From contig WGNE01000034.1 in assembly GCA_016124645.1 (NCBI GenBank), positions 19,852 through 83,851 of the forward strand: a stretch of DNA of 64,000 nucleotides, given 5' to 3'. Below, in pieces: positions 17,671-27,867 of this stretch. Position 1 is the stretch's first letter. Every line of letters begins with the position of its first letter. This DNA is from Alphaproteobacteria bacterium (GTDB lineage Bacteria > Pseudomonadota > Alphaproteobacteria > Micavibrionales > UBA2020). The notes under the pieces are model-generated. The model saw nothing but the letters and a program-made list of their open reading frames with translations, searched no databases and had not been told where the DNA came from. The translations under genes were made by a program, and so were the position numbers.

Positions 17671-19488
17671 TCAGCCCGTCGCCTTCACCTGAGGTTTGGG
17701 CAGGTCGAGCTTGATGTGCACATCTTTCAGCTGCTGCTGGTCGGCGGTCGTGGGCGCGCCCATCAGCAGGTCTTCGGCCTGCTGGTTCATGGGGAAGGCG
17801 ATGACCTCGCGCACGTTCGGCTCATCCGCCAGGAACATGACCATGCGGTCGATGCCGAAGGCGCAGCCCCCGTGCGGCGGCGCGCCGAACTTGAAGGCGT
17901 TGTACATGCCGCCGAATTTCTCGGCGATGGTTTCCTTCGGAATGCCCGCGATGCCGAAGGCCTTTTCCATGATCTCCGGCACGTGGTTGCGGATGCCGCC
18001 CGAGGCGAGCTCGATGCCGTTGCAAACGCTGTCGTACTGGAAGGCCTTGATGGTCAGCGGGTCCTGCTCTTCCAGCGCCTTCAGCCCGCCCTGCGGCATG
18101 GAGAAGGGGTTGTGGGAGAAGTCGATGCGCTGGGTCTTCTCGTTGAACTCGTACATCGGGAAATCGACGATCCAGCAAAAGCGGAAGGCGTCTTTCTCGA
18201 TAATGTCGAGGTCTTCGGCGATCTTGTTGCGCGCCTTGCCCGCGAAGGGCGCGGCTTTCGCTTCCATGTCGCAGACGAAGAACACGGCGTCGCCGTCTTC
18301 CGCGCCGGTCAGCTTCTTCAGCACCTCCTGCGCGGCGGCGGGGATGAACTTGGCGATGGGGCCCTTGCCCTCAGTGCCCTCGAACGTCACGTAGCCGAGG
18401 CCGAACGCCCCCTCGCCCTTCGCCCAGTCGTTGAGCTTGTCGAAGAAGCTGCGCGGACGGTCGGAGACCTTGGGCGCGCGGATGGCGCGCACGACGCCGC
18501 CCTTCTCGATGACGCCCTTGAAGGCCTTGAATTCCACGTCCTCGCGCGAGAAGACCTCGGTCACGTCGCTAATCAGCAGCGGGTTGCGAAGGTCCGGCTT
18601 GTCGGTGCCGTATTTCAGCATGGCCTCGTCGAAAGGGATGCGCACGAAGGGCGGCTTGGAAACCTCGAACTTGCGGCCGGTGAAGTCGGAGAATTCCTCC
18701 ATCACGCCGTGAATGACGGGCTCCATGACGTTGAAAATGTCGTCCTGCGTGACGAAGGACATTTCCATGTCGAGCTGGTAGAACTCGCCCGCCGTGCGGT
18801 CGGCGCGCGCGTCCTCGTCGCGGAAGCAGGCGGCGATCTGGAAGTAGCGGTCGAAGCCCGACATCATCAGAAGCTGCTTGAACTGCTGCGGCGCCTGCGG
18901 CAGGGCGTAGAACTTGCCGGGGTGCAGGCGGGAGGGCACGAGGAAGTCGCGCGCGCCCTCGGGCGAAGAGGCCGTCAGGATCGGCGTCTGGAATTCGCGG
19001 AAGCCCTGCTCCGTCATCCGGCGGCGCAGGGAGGACACCATGTCCGAGCGCAGCACGATGTTGCGGTGGAGCACGTCGCGGCGCAGGTCGAGGAAGCGGT
19101 ACTTCAGCCGCACTTCCTCGCCGTAAGGCTCGTCGGAGTTGACCTGCAGGGGCAGCATGTCGGTCACGGGGGCGGAAAGCAGCTCGACCGTCTTCACCTT
19201 CAGCTCCACCTCGCCGGTGGGCAGGTGCTTGTTGACGGTTTCGGGCGTGCGCAGCACGACCTCGCCCGTGATGCAGACCACGTTTTCAAGCCGCAGCCCG
19301 TCGATGGTCTCGAAGACCGGGTTATCGGAATTCACCACGCATTGGGTCAGCCCGTAATGGTCGCGCAGATCGACGAAAAGCAACCCGCCGTGGTCGCGCT
19401 TGCGGTGGATCCAGCCGGAAATCTTGACGGTCTGGCCCTTGTCGGCGGCGCGAAGCTGGCCGCAGGTATGGGAACGGTATGCGTGCAT
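17671..19488 (-). CDS. aspS: aspartate--tRNA ligase
   Basis: [46 protein letters not shown], plus class II motifs [10 protein letters not shown] and GGIRNH. Confidence 0.95.
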   Translation of the reverse strand: MHAYRSHTCGQLRAADKGQTVKISGWIHRKRDHGGLLFVDLRDHYGLTQCVVNSDNPVFETIDGLRLENVVCITGEVVLRTPETVNKHLPTGEVELKVKTVELLSAPVTDMLPLQVNSDEPYGEEVRLKYRFLDLRRDVLHRNIVLRSDMVSSLRRRMTEQGFREFQTPILTASSPEGARDFLVPSRLHPGKFYALPQAPQQFKQLLMMSGFDRYFQIAACFRDEDARADRTAGEFYQLDMEMSFVTQDDIFNVMEPVIHGVMEEFSDFTGRKFEVSKPPFVRIPFDEAMLKYGTDKPDLRNPLLISDVTEVFSREDVEFKAFKGVIEKGGVVRAIRAPKVSDRPRSFFDKLNDWAKGEGAFGLGYVTFEGTEGKGPIAKFIPAAAQEVLKKLTGAEDGDAVFFVCDMEAKAAPFAGKARNKIAEDLDIIEKDAFRFCWIVDFPMYEFNEKTQRIDFSHNPFSMPQGGLKALEEQDPLTIKAFQYDSVCNGIELASGGIRNHVPEIMEKAFGIAGIPKETIAEKFGGMYNAFKFGAPPHGGCAFGIDRMVMFLADEPNVREVIAFPMNQQAEDLLMGAPTTADQQQLKDVHIKLDLPKPQVKATG

Positions 19489-19580
19489 GGGGTGTTTTCC
19501 TCTATTCCTCAGCGTATGAAGGCTCTGTTTTAACAGAAAGATATAAGGAAAACAAATACCTTGATGCTGCGGTGTCCCTA

Positions 19581-19655
19581 AATTATTTCATGGCTAAAAC
19601 CATGGAAATACCGAATTATTTCATGGCTAAAACCATGAAATTGAATTATTTTATG
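19581..19655. promoter_or_regulatory. tandem 33-bp palindrome-containing repeats in the aspS/rnd divergent region
   Basis: AATTATTTCATGGCTAAAACCATG(G)AAAT occurs twice (19581-19608 and 19614-19642), plus a partial third copy. Each contains ATTTCATGG-N6-CCATGAAAT. Confidence 0.5.
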
Positions 19656-19660
19656 TCGTT

Positions 19661-20818
19661 ATGACACTCATCACGACGACAAAAGAGCTGAAATCCCTCT
19701 GCACGCGCCTGAAAAAGGCGGATTTCATTACGGTGGATACCGAATTCATCCGGGAGAAAACCTATTACCCGCGCCTCTGCCTCATCCAGGTGGCGGGCAA
19801 GGACGACGAGCCCTATGCCATCGACCCGCTGGCCGAGGGCATGGACATCTCCCCCTTCTTCGACATCCTGCTGAACAAGGAGGTGCTGAAGGTCATGCAC
19901 GCCTGCCGGCAGGACATGGAGATTTTCTACAACCTGATGGGCAAGCTGCCCGTGCCGATCTTCGACACGCAGGTCGCCGCGATGGTCTGCGGCTACGGCG
20001 AGCAGGTGAGCTACGAGGTGCTGGTCAGCTCGATGCTCAAAAAACGCCTCGACAAGTCCAGCCGCTTCACCGACTGGGCGATGCGCCCGCTGACCTCCAA
20101 ACAGCTCAAATACGCGCTGGCGGACGTGACGCACCTTCGCAAGATTTTCATCAAGCTGGCCGACCGGCTGGAAAAGCTGGGCCGCGAAAGCTGGATCAAG
20201 GACGAGATGAAAAAGCTCTCGCGCAAGGAAATCTACGTCACCAAGCCCGAGGACGCGTGGGAGCGCATAAAAGTTCCCAACTACAAGCCGCGCACCCTGT
20301 GCCTGCTCAAGGAAGTCGCCGCATGGCGCGAGAAGCTGGCGCAGGAAGTGGACGTGCCGCGCGGCCGGATCATGAAGGACGAAGCCATCGCCGAGATCGT
20401 CACCCATCCGCCCGCGACGCGCGAGGCGCTGTCCAAGATGCGCAACATCTCCAAGGGCTTCGCCGAAAGCGACCGCGGTCAGGACGTGCTGGACGCCGTA
20501 CAGCGCGGGCTCGATATGGATGAAAAAGACGGGCCGGTGCGCAAGCCCCGCCCGCAGTTCCCGCCCGGCATGGGCCCGACCATCGACCTCTTGCGCGTGC
20601 TGCTGAAGCTGAAATGCGAGGAAGGCGATGTCGCCCCCAAGCTGCTCTGCACCGCCGCCGAGCTGGAACAGATCGCCGCCTTCGGCAAGGAAGCCAAGGT
20701 GCCCGCCATGTCCGGCTGGAGGTTCAAGATCTTCGGCAAGGAAGCCCTCGAAGTCCGCGACGGCAAACTCGCCCTCGCCGTCGAGAACGGGAAGATCAAG
20801 CTGGTGGCGGCGGGGTAA
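19661..20818 (+). CDS. rnd: ribonuclease D
   Basis: DEDD exonuclease motifs FITVDTEFIREKTYYPRLCLIQV and HACRQDMEI, plus an HRDC-like C-terminus. Confidence 0.9.
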   Translation: MTLITTTKELKSLCTRLKKADFITVDTEFIREKTYYPRLCLIQVAGKDDEPYAIDPLAEGMDISPFFDILLNKEVLKVMHACRQDMEIFYNLMGKLPVPIFDTQVAAMVCGYGEQVSYEVLVSSMLKKRLDKSSRFTDWAMRPLTSKQLKYALADVTHLRKIFIKLADRLEKLGRESWIKDEMKKLSRKEIYVTKPEDAWERIKVPNYKPRTLCLLKEVAAWREKLAQEVDVPRGRIMKDEAIAEIVTHPPATREALSKMRNISKGFAESDRGQDVLDAVQRGLDMDEKDGPVRKPRPQFPPGMGPTIDLLRVLLKLKCEEGDVAPKLLCTAAELEQIAAFGKEAKVPAMSGWRFKIFGKEALEVRDGKLALAVENGKIKLVAAG

Positions 20819-20920
20819 TTCACTCCAACGAAAAAACAATCGCCACCCCGGCGGAGGCCGGGGTCCAAGAAGCGCGTCCGCGCGTCATATGGACTCATAA
20901 GACGGCCTGTCGGCCTTGCT

Positions 20921-20945
20921 GGATCCCGGCCTTCGCCGGGATGAC
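20921..20945. repeat. REP-like hairpin (GATCCCGGC-CTTC-GCCGGGAT family)
   Basis: GATCCCGGCCTTCGCCGGGATGACG, related to 27821-27845. Confidence 0.6.
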
Positions 20946-21044
20946 GCGATTATTTTTATATGGCAGCTCTTGAGCCTGATTTGACCCCCGCCGCAAGCAG
21001 GCATAAGCTGGGGCAAGCAAACCGCGCAAAAAGGCAGGCGACGT

Positions 21045-21629
21045 ATGAGATGGAAGGGCGTGCATCACGTCGAGTTTTCGGTGCTGGACTATGAGGACTC
21101 GATAAGGTTTTTCGACAAGATGTTCGGCTGGCTGGGCTACAAAAGCTTCTGGACGCTGGATATCGAATACCGCTCGACCTATTACATGGCGCGGTTTCCG
21201 TTTTTTCACAGCTACATCGGCATCCAGCCCGCGGCCTCGGGCGGCAGGCTGGACCACGAAGCGCAGCCGACCGGCATCAACCACGTCGCGCTCTGGGCGC
21301 GCAGCCGCAGGGAGATCGACGACTTCCACGAAAACTTCCTGCTGAAAAACGGCGTGGAGGTCACCGACGCGCCCGCCGAATACCCGGCCTATTCACCCGG
21401 CTATTACGCGGTGTTCTTCAACGACCCCGTCACCGGCATCCATTTCGAGCTGACGCATACGCCGCTCATCCCCTCCCCCGCCGCATTCCTGCGTTGGATA
21501 AAAACGCTCAAGAAAATCTGGGCGCATCATCCCGAATGGAAGCGGCCGCCCTGGAAGGAAGCCATGCGCAACCTGCCGGGACGTGCGGAACAGCGAGAGG
21601 ATGGCGCAAACCGTCAAACGCCGGCATGA
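21045..21629 (+). CDS. VOC (glyoxalase/bleomycin-resistance/dioxygenase) family protein
   Basis: GVHHVEFSVLDYEDSIRFFDKMFGWLGY...INHVALWA...YYAVFFNDPVTGIHFELTH. Confidence 0.7.
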   Translation: MRWKGVHHVEFSVLDYEDSIRFFDKMFGWLGYKSFWTLDIEYRSTYYMARFPFFHSYIGIQPAASGGRLDHEAQPTGINHVALWARSRREIDDFHENFLLKNGVEVTDAPAEYPAYSPGYYAVFFNDPVTGIHFELTHTPLIPSPAAFLRWIKTLKKIWAHHPEWKRPPWKEAMRNLPGRAEQREDGANRQTPA

Positions 21630-21656
21630 CCGGAAGCGAAGGCCGGGCGGCCCGCG

Positions 21657-21941
21657 TTAATAAAGTTTCGGCGGCGGCACAGGCAGCTTCGATATGTCGG
21701 GCGGGCCCTCGCGCGGCGGGTTGGGGTTCTGCCCGTCACGCAGATTGAAAATCAGGGCAAGCTGACTGTGTGGCAGGTCGTAGCATACGCCCGGCAGTTC
21801 CGAGCGCTCCTCGAGGAACCGCATGGCGGCCTTCAGCCAGTGCCGCTCACCGAAACCTTTGCCCTTGAACGAACAATCCCCGACAATTTCCAGCGCGCTA
21901 TCGACCGTCAGGGGTTCACGCTTCTTGAAAAAAAACGACAT
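21657..21941 (-). CDS. hypothetical protein
   Basis: 94-aa ORF with AT-rich flanks. No motif recognised. Confidence 0.4.
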   Translation of the reverse strand: MSFFFKKREPLTVDSALEIVGDCSFKGKGFGERHWLKAAMRFLEERSELPGVCYDLPHSQLALIFNLRDGQNPNPPREGPPDISKLPVPPPKLY

Positions 21942-22084
21942 CCGGCACCTCCTTAGCGAAATATTTCAGGGAATATCGATTCCCTGAATTGATATTACAT
22001 AAGATGCTACTCGTTTATAATATTATGTCAATAAAAAATCCGCCTTCTGGAATACGGCAGGATGAGCCCGCGCGGGCGGCCAGA

Positions 22085-22504
22085 TCAGCGGCTGAGAACG
22101 CTGCGGGGCGGGGCGGCGAATTTCTGCTCGGCGTGGAATTCCTTTTTATCGACCACCAGCGCGATTTTTTCGCCGTTGACCATGCCCCCGCGCTCGGTCA
22201 ACCCGTCGAGCAGCGGCATGATGCGGCCCTCGAACTGCCCGCGGAAGCGCGCGCCCTCGCGCATGGCGCGGATGTTGATTTTCAAGCGGCGCTGGCCCTC
22301 GGTCTTTTTGGTGCCGGGCATTTCCTCGCAGTAATCGCGGATCAGCGCGTTCAGCGCGCGATCGGAAATCTGCAGGAACCTGGGCGGGGTGAAGCCGGGG
22401 GGAATCGCGTTGATTTCCTTCACGACCATTTCCACGCTGTCGGCCAACGCGCCGCTCATGGCTTTTTCGATTTTTTCGTGAAAAACGTCCCTGAACTTGC
22501 CCAT
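22085..22504 (-). CDS. hypothetical protein
   Basis: 139-aa ORF with normal amino-acid composition. No motif recognised. Confidence 0.45.
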   Translation of the reverse strand: MGKFRDVFHEKIEKAMSGALADSVEMVVKEINAIPPGFTPPRFLQISDRALNALIRDYCEEMPGTKKTEGQRRLKINIRAMREGARFRGQFEGRIMPLLDGLTERGGMVNGEKIALVVDKKEFHAEQKFAAPPRSVLSR

Positions 22505-22690
22505 TTTTGCCCCGTCGATGTTTTGACCGCAGCCCCATTATATCGGTATATGGTTAATGGTGGGATAATGAACGCTTGTATTTTTCTATAAAACAGGACA
22601 AAGAATATATATTTTATTCAATTGCTTATAGATTCATGCCGACCTTTAACTCACATAAATCTCCATAATGCCTTGTATGGCTGAATTTTT

Positions 22691-23095
22691 TCAGGGCAGC
22701 GGCTTGTCCGGCGCGGGTACGCGCACGCCCTTGCCGTTTTTGTCCCAAAGCATCACGTAACCCTCGCCCGGCTTCTTGTCTTCGCCGTAAACGAAGACTT
22801 GCGCCTTTATCTTGCCCTGCGCGTCGAAAAGCTGCACTTCCGGCTGGCTGCCGACCATGCCGATTTTCAGCCGGTCCCGTCCCTGCGCGTCCTTGATGCG
22901 GATGCCCTCCGCATCCCACCAGCCCGCGATATGCCCCTGCCGGTCGTTGATCGCGATCCAGCGCACGGAGGCGGTCTTCGAAAAAAGAAAGACATTCGCG
23001 GCGAAGAGCAAAAGGAAGATGGCGGATATCTTCACCAGCGCGCGCTTCAGCCGCGCCACCTCGTCTTCGAGCTTTTGCAACCTTGCGTCCGCCAT
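22691..23095 (-). CDS. hypothetical membrane-anchored protein
   Basis: Start set at MADARLQKLEDEVARLKRALVKISAIFLLLFAANVFLF (1 nt after the ppx stop). One TM helix, then a beta-rich region. Confidence 0.5.
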   Translation of the reverse strand: MADARLQKLEDEVARLKRALVKISAIFLLLFAANVFLFSKTASVRWIAINDRQGHIAGWWDAEGIRIKDAQGRDRLKIGMVGSQPEVQLFDAQGKIKAQVFVYGEDKKPGEGYVMLWDKNGKGVRVPAPDKPLP

Positions 23096-23096
23096 G

Positions 23097-24647
23097 TCAT
23101 CCCTCCATCGAAATTTTCGCCGCGCGGCCCATGCCTTCCGCCAGCGCCGCCAGCGCCTTGTCCACGTTTTCCGCCCGCAGCGCGCGCGCCTGCCCGGCAA
23201 GATGCAGCGTCAAGGTTTTCGGCGTCGCCTTCAGCGAGGCCTTGGACAGCAACAGCAAGTCGCCCCCCGTGAGCAGATGGGCGAGATGCAGCGCCCGCCC
23301 AGCCGTCACCGCAGGTGTGTCCAGCCCGTCGAGCACGCCGTGCAGCGCGGTCAGGGATGCCGCCTTCGCATCTTCGCCGTAGCGCAGCGCGAGGGCGATG
23401 CCCAGAAAGGCGCGGCCGCTGTGGCTGACACCGTAAAGCGGCGCGGTCAGGGCGCGGGAGAGCGCGTAAGACGCCTGCACGTCCTCATGCTCGAACCAGC
23501 AGATGTCGGACAATCTGCAGGCCGCGGCGGCGAGCCTTTGCACGTCGCGTCCCTCTTTCGAGAACAGCGGGACGATGAATTTTTCCAGCGCGGCATAGGG
23601 TTTCAAATCGCTGAAACGCCCGGCGTGCAGGGCGATCTTGCCGCTGCCCTCCAAAAGCGCGTCCTGCTTTTTGCGCGCGGGGGAAAGGCGGTCGTACATC
23701 AGCCCCTCGCGCAGCCCCGTGCCGGAAAAGACCAGCCGCGCGGGCTTGAGCACGCGGAACACGCGGTACATGGCGAGCGCGGCGACGCCCATGTCGTGCA
23801 GGCGTTTTTCCACCATGCCGAACTTTTTCTTCAGCTGCGCCATGCTTTGCTTCGAGATCATTTCGGCGAAGGCGGCGGCCTGTCCGCCCTCGACCGCGTA
23901 ATGGTCCAGCACCGGCAGCGGGTGTTTCGTCACGCCCAGATGCGCCTTGCCGATGGAACGCCACGCGCCGCCCATGGCGTAGAAATCCATGCCCGTGCTT
24001 TGCTTTAAAAACGGCGCGGTTTTCAGCATGGCGTCCACGGCCCTGATGCGCGCGGGGGTGCCCTCGATCACCTGCAGCCGGTGCGCGCCCATGGGGAAGC
24101 TGACCTTGTGGCGCACGCTACCTTTTTCGACGACGATGAGCTCCAGCGAGCCGCCGCCGTAATCGCCGATGATGCCGCTGTGCCCGCTGGCCTCCACGCC
24201 GAGGCCGTTCATCAGGACGCCGTGGGCGGAAAGCCGCGCCTCTTCCTCACCGCCGATGACGCGGATGGAAAGCCCGAAGGCCGCCTTCACGCTCTTGATG
24301 AAATCTTGCCCGTCGATGGCGTCGCGCATCGCGGCGGTGGCGACGGCGTGGACATGGCGGATGTTCATGGCCGCAATCAGCCCCGCGAAACGCCCCAGCG
24401 CCTCGAAGGCCAGCGCCACGCCGTCGGGGTTGAGGTAGCCCGTTTTGGCCATGTTCTTGCCGAGGTGGCACTGCACGCGCTCATTATGTATTTTCACCGG
24501 CGCACGGTCCAGCGCGTCGTAAATCACGAAACGCACGGCGTTCGAGCCCAGATCGATGATCGCGACGGGGTTTTTCAGGGCACCGGCGGGGCCTTTGGCA
24601 ACGGGCATGACAAGCTCCTTTCGCTCGGCTATAGTCTTTCCATGCAT
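23097..24647 (-). CDS. ppx: exopolyphosphatase / Ppx-GppA family phosphatase
   Basis: AIIDLGSNAVRFVIYD...AVATAAMRDA...IIGDYGGGSLEL are ASKHA-fold Ppx/GppA motifs. An alternative start MPVAKG lies at 24608. Confidence 0.9.
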   Translation of the reverse strand: MHGKTIAERKELVMPVAKGPAGALKNPVAIIDLGSNAVRFVIYDALDRAPVKIHNERVQCHLGKNMAKTGYLNPDGVALAFEALGRFAGLIAAMNIRHVHAVATAAMRDAIDGQDFIKSVKAAFGLSIRVIGGEEEARLSAHGVLMNGLGVEASGHSGIIGDYGGGSLELIVVEKGSVRHKVSFPMGAHRLQVIEGTPARIRAVDAMLKTAPFLKQSTGMDFYAMGGAWRSIGKAHLGVTKHPLPVLDHYAVEGGQAAAFAEMISKQSMAQLKKKFGMVEKRLHDMGVAALAMYRVFRVLKPARLVFSGTGLREGLMYDRLSPARKKQDALLEGSGKIALHAGRFSDLKPYAALEKFIVPLFSKEGRDVQRLAAAACRLSDICWFEHEDVQASYALSRALTAPLYGVSHSGRAFLGIALALRYGEDAKAASLTALHGVLDGLDTPAVTAGRALHLAHLLTGGDLLLLSKASLKATPKTLTLHLAGQARALRAENVDKALAALAEGMGRAAKISMEG

Positions 24648-24667
24648 TTAACAGGCAAGTCTTTAAA

Positions 24668-25162
24668 ATGAAAACAGTTTATTTGTTCAGGCACGCCCAT
24701 GCGGAACACCCGGGCCCGGCGATGGACGACCACGACCGCCCCCTTTCCGCCCGCGGCGAGGCCGAGGCGGAAAACGCCGGCGCGTTCTTCAAGGAACAGG
24801 GCATCGCGCCCGACCTCGTGCTTTGCTCCTCCTCGCTGCGCACGGTGCAGACGCTGAAGCTGGCCTTGGCCGCCCTCGACGCGCAGAGCGAGGTGCAGAG
24901 CCGTTTCGAACGAAAATTCTACCTCGCCGCGCGCGAGACGCTGCTGGACGAAATACAGGAAGCGGACGACGCTTTTTCCCGCCTCATGATCGTCGGCCAC
25001 AACCCCGGCATGGGCGAGCTTGCCGAAAAACTCTGTGCCGCCACCGGCGAGGAAATCATGGGCTTCCCCCCCGCCGCCTTCGCCGCCTTCACCTGCGATG
25101 TGGAAAGCTGGGAAGACTTCAAGCCCAAGCACGCGAAGCTGGCGCTGGTTTATATGCCTTGA
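24668..25162 (+). CDS. histidine phosphatase family protein (SixA-like)
   Basis: VYLFRHAHAE...RPLSARGEAEA...LCSSSLRTVQT...IVGHNP. Confidence 0.75.
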   Translation: MKTVYLFRHAHAEHPGPAMDDHDRPLSARGEAEAENAGAFFKEQGIAPDLVLCSSSLRTVQTLKLALAALDAQSEVQSRFERKFYLAARETLLDEIQEADDAFSRLMIVGHNPGMGELAEKLCAATGEEIMGFPPAAFAAFTCDVESWEDFKPKHAKLALVYMP

Positions 25163-25264
25163 GTTTTGGTGGTTGGGAGTTATTCTTTGTACTCTCCCCT
25201 ACTCTTTCCATGCGCGCAAGAAGAACACAGTTGAAAAAGGTTATCTAAAAAGAAATATTTTCAT

Positions 25265-26869
25265 TTAACGGCCCGATCTTGTCGCTGTAAGCAATTTTAC
25301 AATTTCATTTCGACCGTGGCTTCTCGCCATAGATAAAACAGATTGCCCTGTGTACGATTTTGCGTTTACATCAGCCCCGCGGCTAATCAGATACGCCACG
25401 ACATCCGCATTCCCTTGCACGACGGCATACATCAAAGGAGTTAGCCCTTTATCGTCTTTCGCCTCTATTTCGGCACCATGATCTAATAGTCCTTTTGCGA
25501 CACTTAATTGACCTGTCCGAGACGCTTCCATCAAGGGGGTCGTACCGTCCTTGTTCTTTGCGTGCGTATTTGCACCGTGCGCCATCAGCAACATGGCTCC
25601 CTTTGGCATATCTTTTCGTATAGCCAGAAACAGAGCATTACCTCCATCACCCAGCACCTCGTTAACCTTCGCGCCACTATCCAGCAAGAACAGCTCCATT
25701 TGCAAATTCCGACTGGCTACTGCTTGTGCAAGGGCTGTCTTGCCCTCAAATGACTTGGCATTAACGTCCGCACCATGCTCAGTTAGAAGTTTAGCTATCT
25801 CGACCTCTCCATTTTTTACGGCTTTTTGCAGCAACGTCTCACCGTCAGAAAGCCTTGCATTTACATCAACGCCAGTTTTCAACCAGCCTCGGACAACATC
25901 AACCTTGCCGTTCAAAATCGCCTGCAAGATCGCCCCCTCATATTTTTTATATGAAAAGCTTCGTTTATCCCCAAACAAGCTATCGTAATCCCTTTCTACC
26001 GATGCTTGGCCGCCGTTAGGAGCTATAGGGTGACGTTCAAATCCATACGTCATATTGAAACCGTAACCTGAAATCGGCCCCAACATAAGCGGCCAATCCA
26101 GTGGCGTGGCTCTGGCATAAGTTTTCCTGTATATCAGTAGAAAGCTCCCGTCTGACTGTCTTTTCAATATCTCCAGCCTCCTCGCGTAGACTGTATGGAG
26201 ATCAAGGCTCCACGGTCTCGTGTAATTGTTTTCTGATACATCATAGGCCGGAAGTCCGTTAACCCCTGTATCCGAGATGATGTAGTCCGCATCTGCCAAA
26301 GGTTCTTTTTTATCTTTTTTATCTTCGAGCTTTCTTGCTCCCACATGAATGACCGGCAGTTTTTTTACCTTAAAATTCTCGGCACTCATATCTTCCGGCC
26401 TTGCCTGGATCAGGGCTATCACCTTTGGGTAGGCTGAGAGCCTGTCCCGCAATTCCACACTCGAAAATACATCTCCGCCTTTCTCGTAAGGCACAGAATA
26501 TTTGATATATCCGATAGTGCCGGAAAGGGCTATTGGTCCTGCTACCCCCCTATCGTCCGCCATCAAGCGATCAACCAGCCTATAGGTCGGGATATTAAGA
26601 ACAAAACTCGCGTAAACAAGCACCAGAGCAAAAATAATAACAGTTTTAAAATAAATTTTTCTGACCCCTGAACGATGACGGTTGATAACAGCAAGCGGCA
26701 CCATGACTTGATAGATAAAAAACAGCCTTGCAGGGGACAGAAAAGGGTTCAGCGCAATCGAAGGAAAGATCAACAACAAGAATACGACGAAAGAGGTAAA
26801 ACCATTCGTCAATAAATGCCCCAAAATCAGCAAAAAAATAAGGACAAAAAGAAAATACGTTCGCCTCAT
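25265..26869 (-). CDS. membrane-anchored ankyrin-repeat protein (low-GC gene)
   Basis: N-terminal TM helices (YFLFVLIFLLILGHLLTNGFTSFVVFLLLIF...). The C-terminal half has 6 or more ankyrin repeats (e.g. DGETLLQKAVKNGEVEIAKLLTEHGADVNAK, GTTPLMEASRTGQLSVAKGLLDHGAEIEAK). GC is clearly below its surroundings. Confidence 0.85.
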   Translation of the reverse strand: MRRTYFLFVLIFLLILGHLLTNGFTSFVVFLLLIFPSIALNPFLSPARLFFIYQVMVPLAVINRHRSGVRKIYFKTVIIFALVLVYASFVLNIPTYRLVDRLMADDRGVAGPIALSGTIGYIKYSVPYEKGGDVFSSVELRDRLSAYPKVIALIQARPEDMSAENFKVKKLPVIHVGARKLEDKKDKKEPLADADYIISDTGVNGLPAYDVSENNYTRPWSLDLHTVYARRLEILKRQSDGSFLLIYRKTYARATPLDWPLMLGPISGYGFNMTYGFERHPIAPNGGQASVERDYDSLFGDKRSFSYKKYEGAILQAILNGKVDVVRGWLKTGVDVNARLSDGETLLQKAVKNGEVEIAKLLTEHGADVNAKSFEGKTALAQAVASRNLQMELFLLDSGAKVNEVLGDGGNALFLAIRKDMPKGAMLLMAHGANTHAKNKDGTTPLMEASRTGQLSVAKGLLDHGAEIEAKDDKGLTPLMYAVVQGNADVVAYLISRGADVNAKSYTGQSVLSMARSHGRNEIVKLLTATRSGR

Positions 26870-26943
26870 AAATATTCCTCGTCACGCGCTACTAGCTTAG
26901 CAAAGCGATCATGACATACTGATGCATCAGCTTATTTTATAAA

Positions 26944-27666
26944 CTACCGGTCCTTCCGCGCCATCACGGGGGCGACGGAGACGCGGCGTTCTTCGCGGGT
27001 TTCGCCGCTGGCGTCGTAGTCGAAGCGGCCGGGGAAATGGCCGTCCTTTATCTTGAACAGCGCGATGGGTTTTTCGCCGGCGGCGAGGCGCGCCTGTTCC
27101 TGCTTGCGCGCGCCCGCGAAGACGGTGTCCATGCGGCCCATGTGGTCGGCATCGGTCAGCGCGCCCCACATGTCCTCGCCCTTGGTCATGGATTGCAGGA
27201 AGTCGGCGACGAATTTCTGGTCGTTCTTGCCGTAGGCCGTGGAGACGCCCTCGCCGATATCGACGTAGCGCTCGGCTTCCTCCTTCTCGAAGCCCGTGGG
27301 ATCGAGGGAGGTGAAGAAGCTGTCCACGTGCCATTGCTTGTCGTCCCCGCGCTGCAGGGTCACGTTGGCATAGGCGTTGTAGGTGCCGTCCGCCTTCGGC
27401 TCGCGCCCGACGACGGCGAAGGTCACGCGGTTCTCGGTCGCGTCATAAAGGATGCGGGTGTCTTTTTGCGCGGAAAGCTTTTCCTCGCCCAGGCTGTCCT
27501 TTTCCATCGGGCGGTGCTCGTGCAGCGCGCCCACCAGCTGGCCGATGGTATTGCCGCGCAGCTCCTTGTCCTGCAAAAGCTTGTAGATAGGGTTGCCCTC
27601 GTCCTCCGGCAGGGGCGCGTGCCCCTTCAGACTTTCGACCAGACCATCGACGAATTTCACGTTCAT
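26944..27666 (-). CDS. hypothetical protein
   Basis: 240-aa ORF with normal composition. No motif recognised. Confidence 0.5.
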   Translation of the reverse strand: MNVKFVDGLVESLKGHAPLPEDEGNPIYKLLQDKELRGNTIGQLVGALHEHRPMEKDSLGEEKLSAQKDTRILYDATENRVTFAVVGREPKADGTYNAYANVTLQRGDDKQWHVDSFFTSLDPTGFEKEEAERYVDIGEGVSTAYGKNDQKFVADFLQSMTKGEDMWGALTDADHMGRMDTVFAGARKQEQARLAAGEKPIALFKIKDGHFPGRFDYDASGETREERRVSVAPVMARKDR

Positions 27667-27764
27667 TCCGCACCTGCCTTTTCGGAAATTATATACTTTA
27701 TATGTAAAGAAAATATTACGACGGGTGTTCGCGAAAAATATCGTTTTAAATCAATTAATTATAT

Positions 27765-27845
27765 CGTCATTCCCGCGAAAGCGGGAATCTATGGTCCAGC
27801 GGGGGCCAAAAGGCTGTGTGGATTCCCGCTTTCGCGGGAATGACG
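27765..27845. repeat. pair of inverted REP-like hairpins (CATTCCCGCGAAAGCGGGAATC family)
   Basis: CGTCATTCCCGCGAAAGCGGGAATC (27765-27789) and its inverted copy GATTCCCGCTTTCGCGGGAATGACG (27821-27845). Confidence 0.75.
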
Positions 27846-27867
27846 AGGCGGCAGTACGGCGGGTTGC

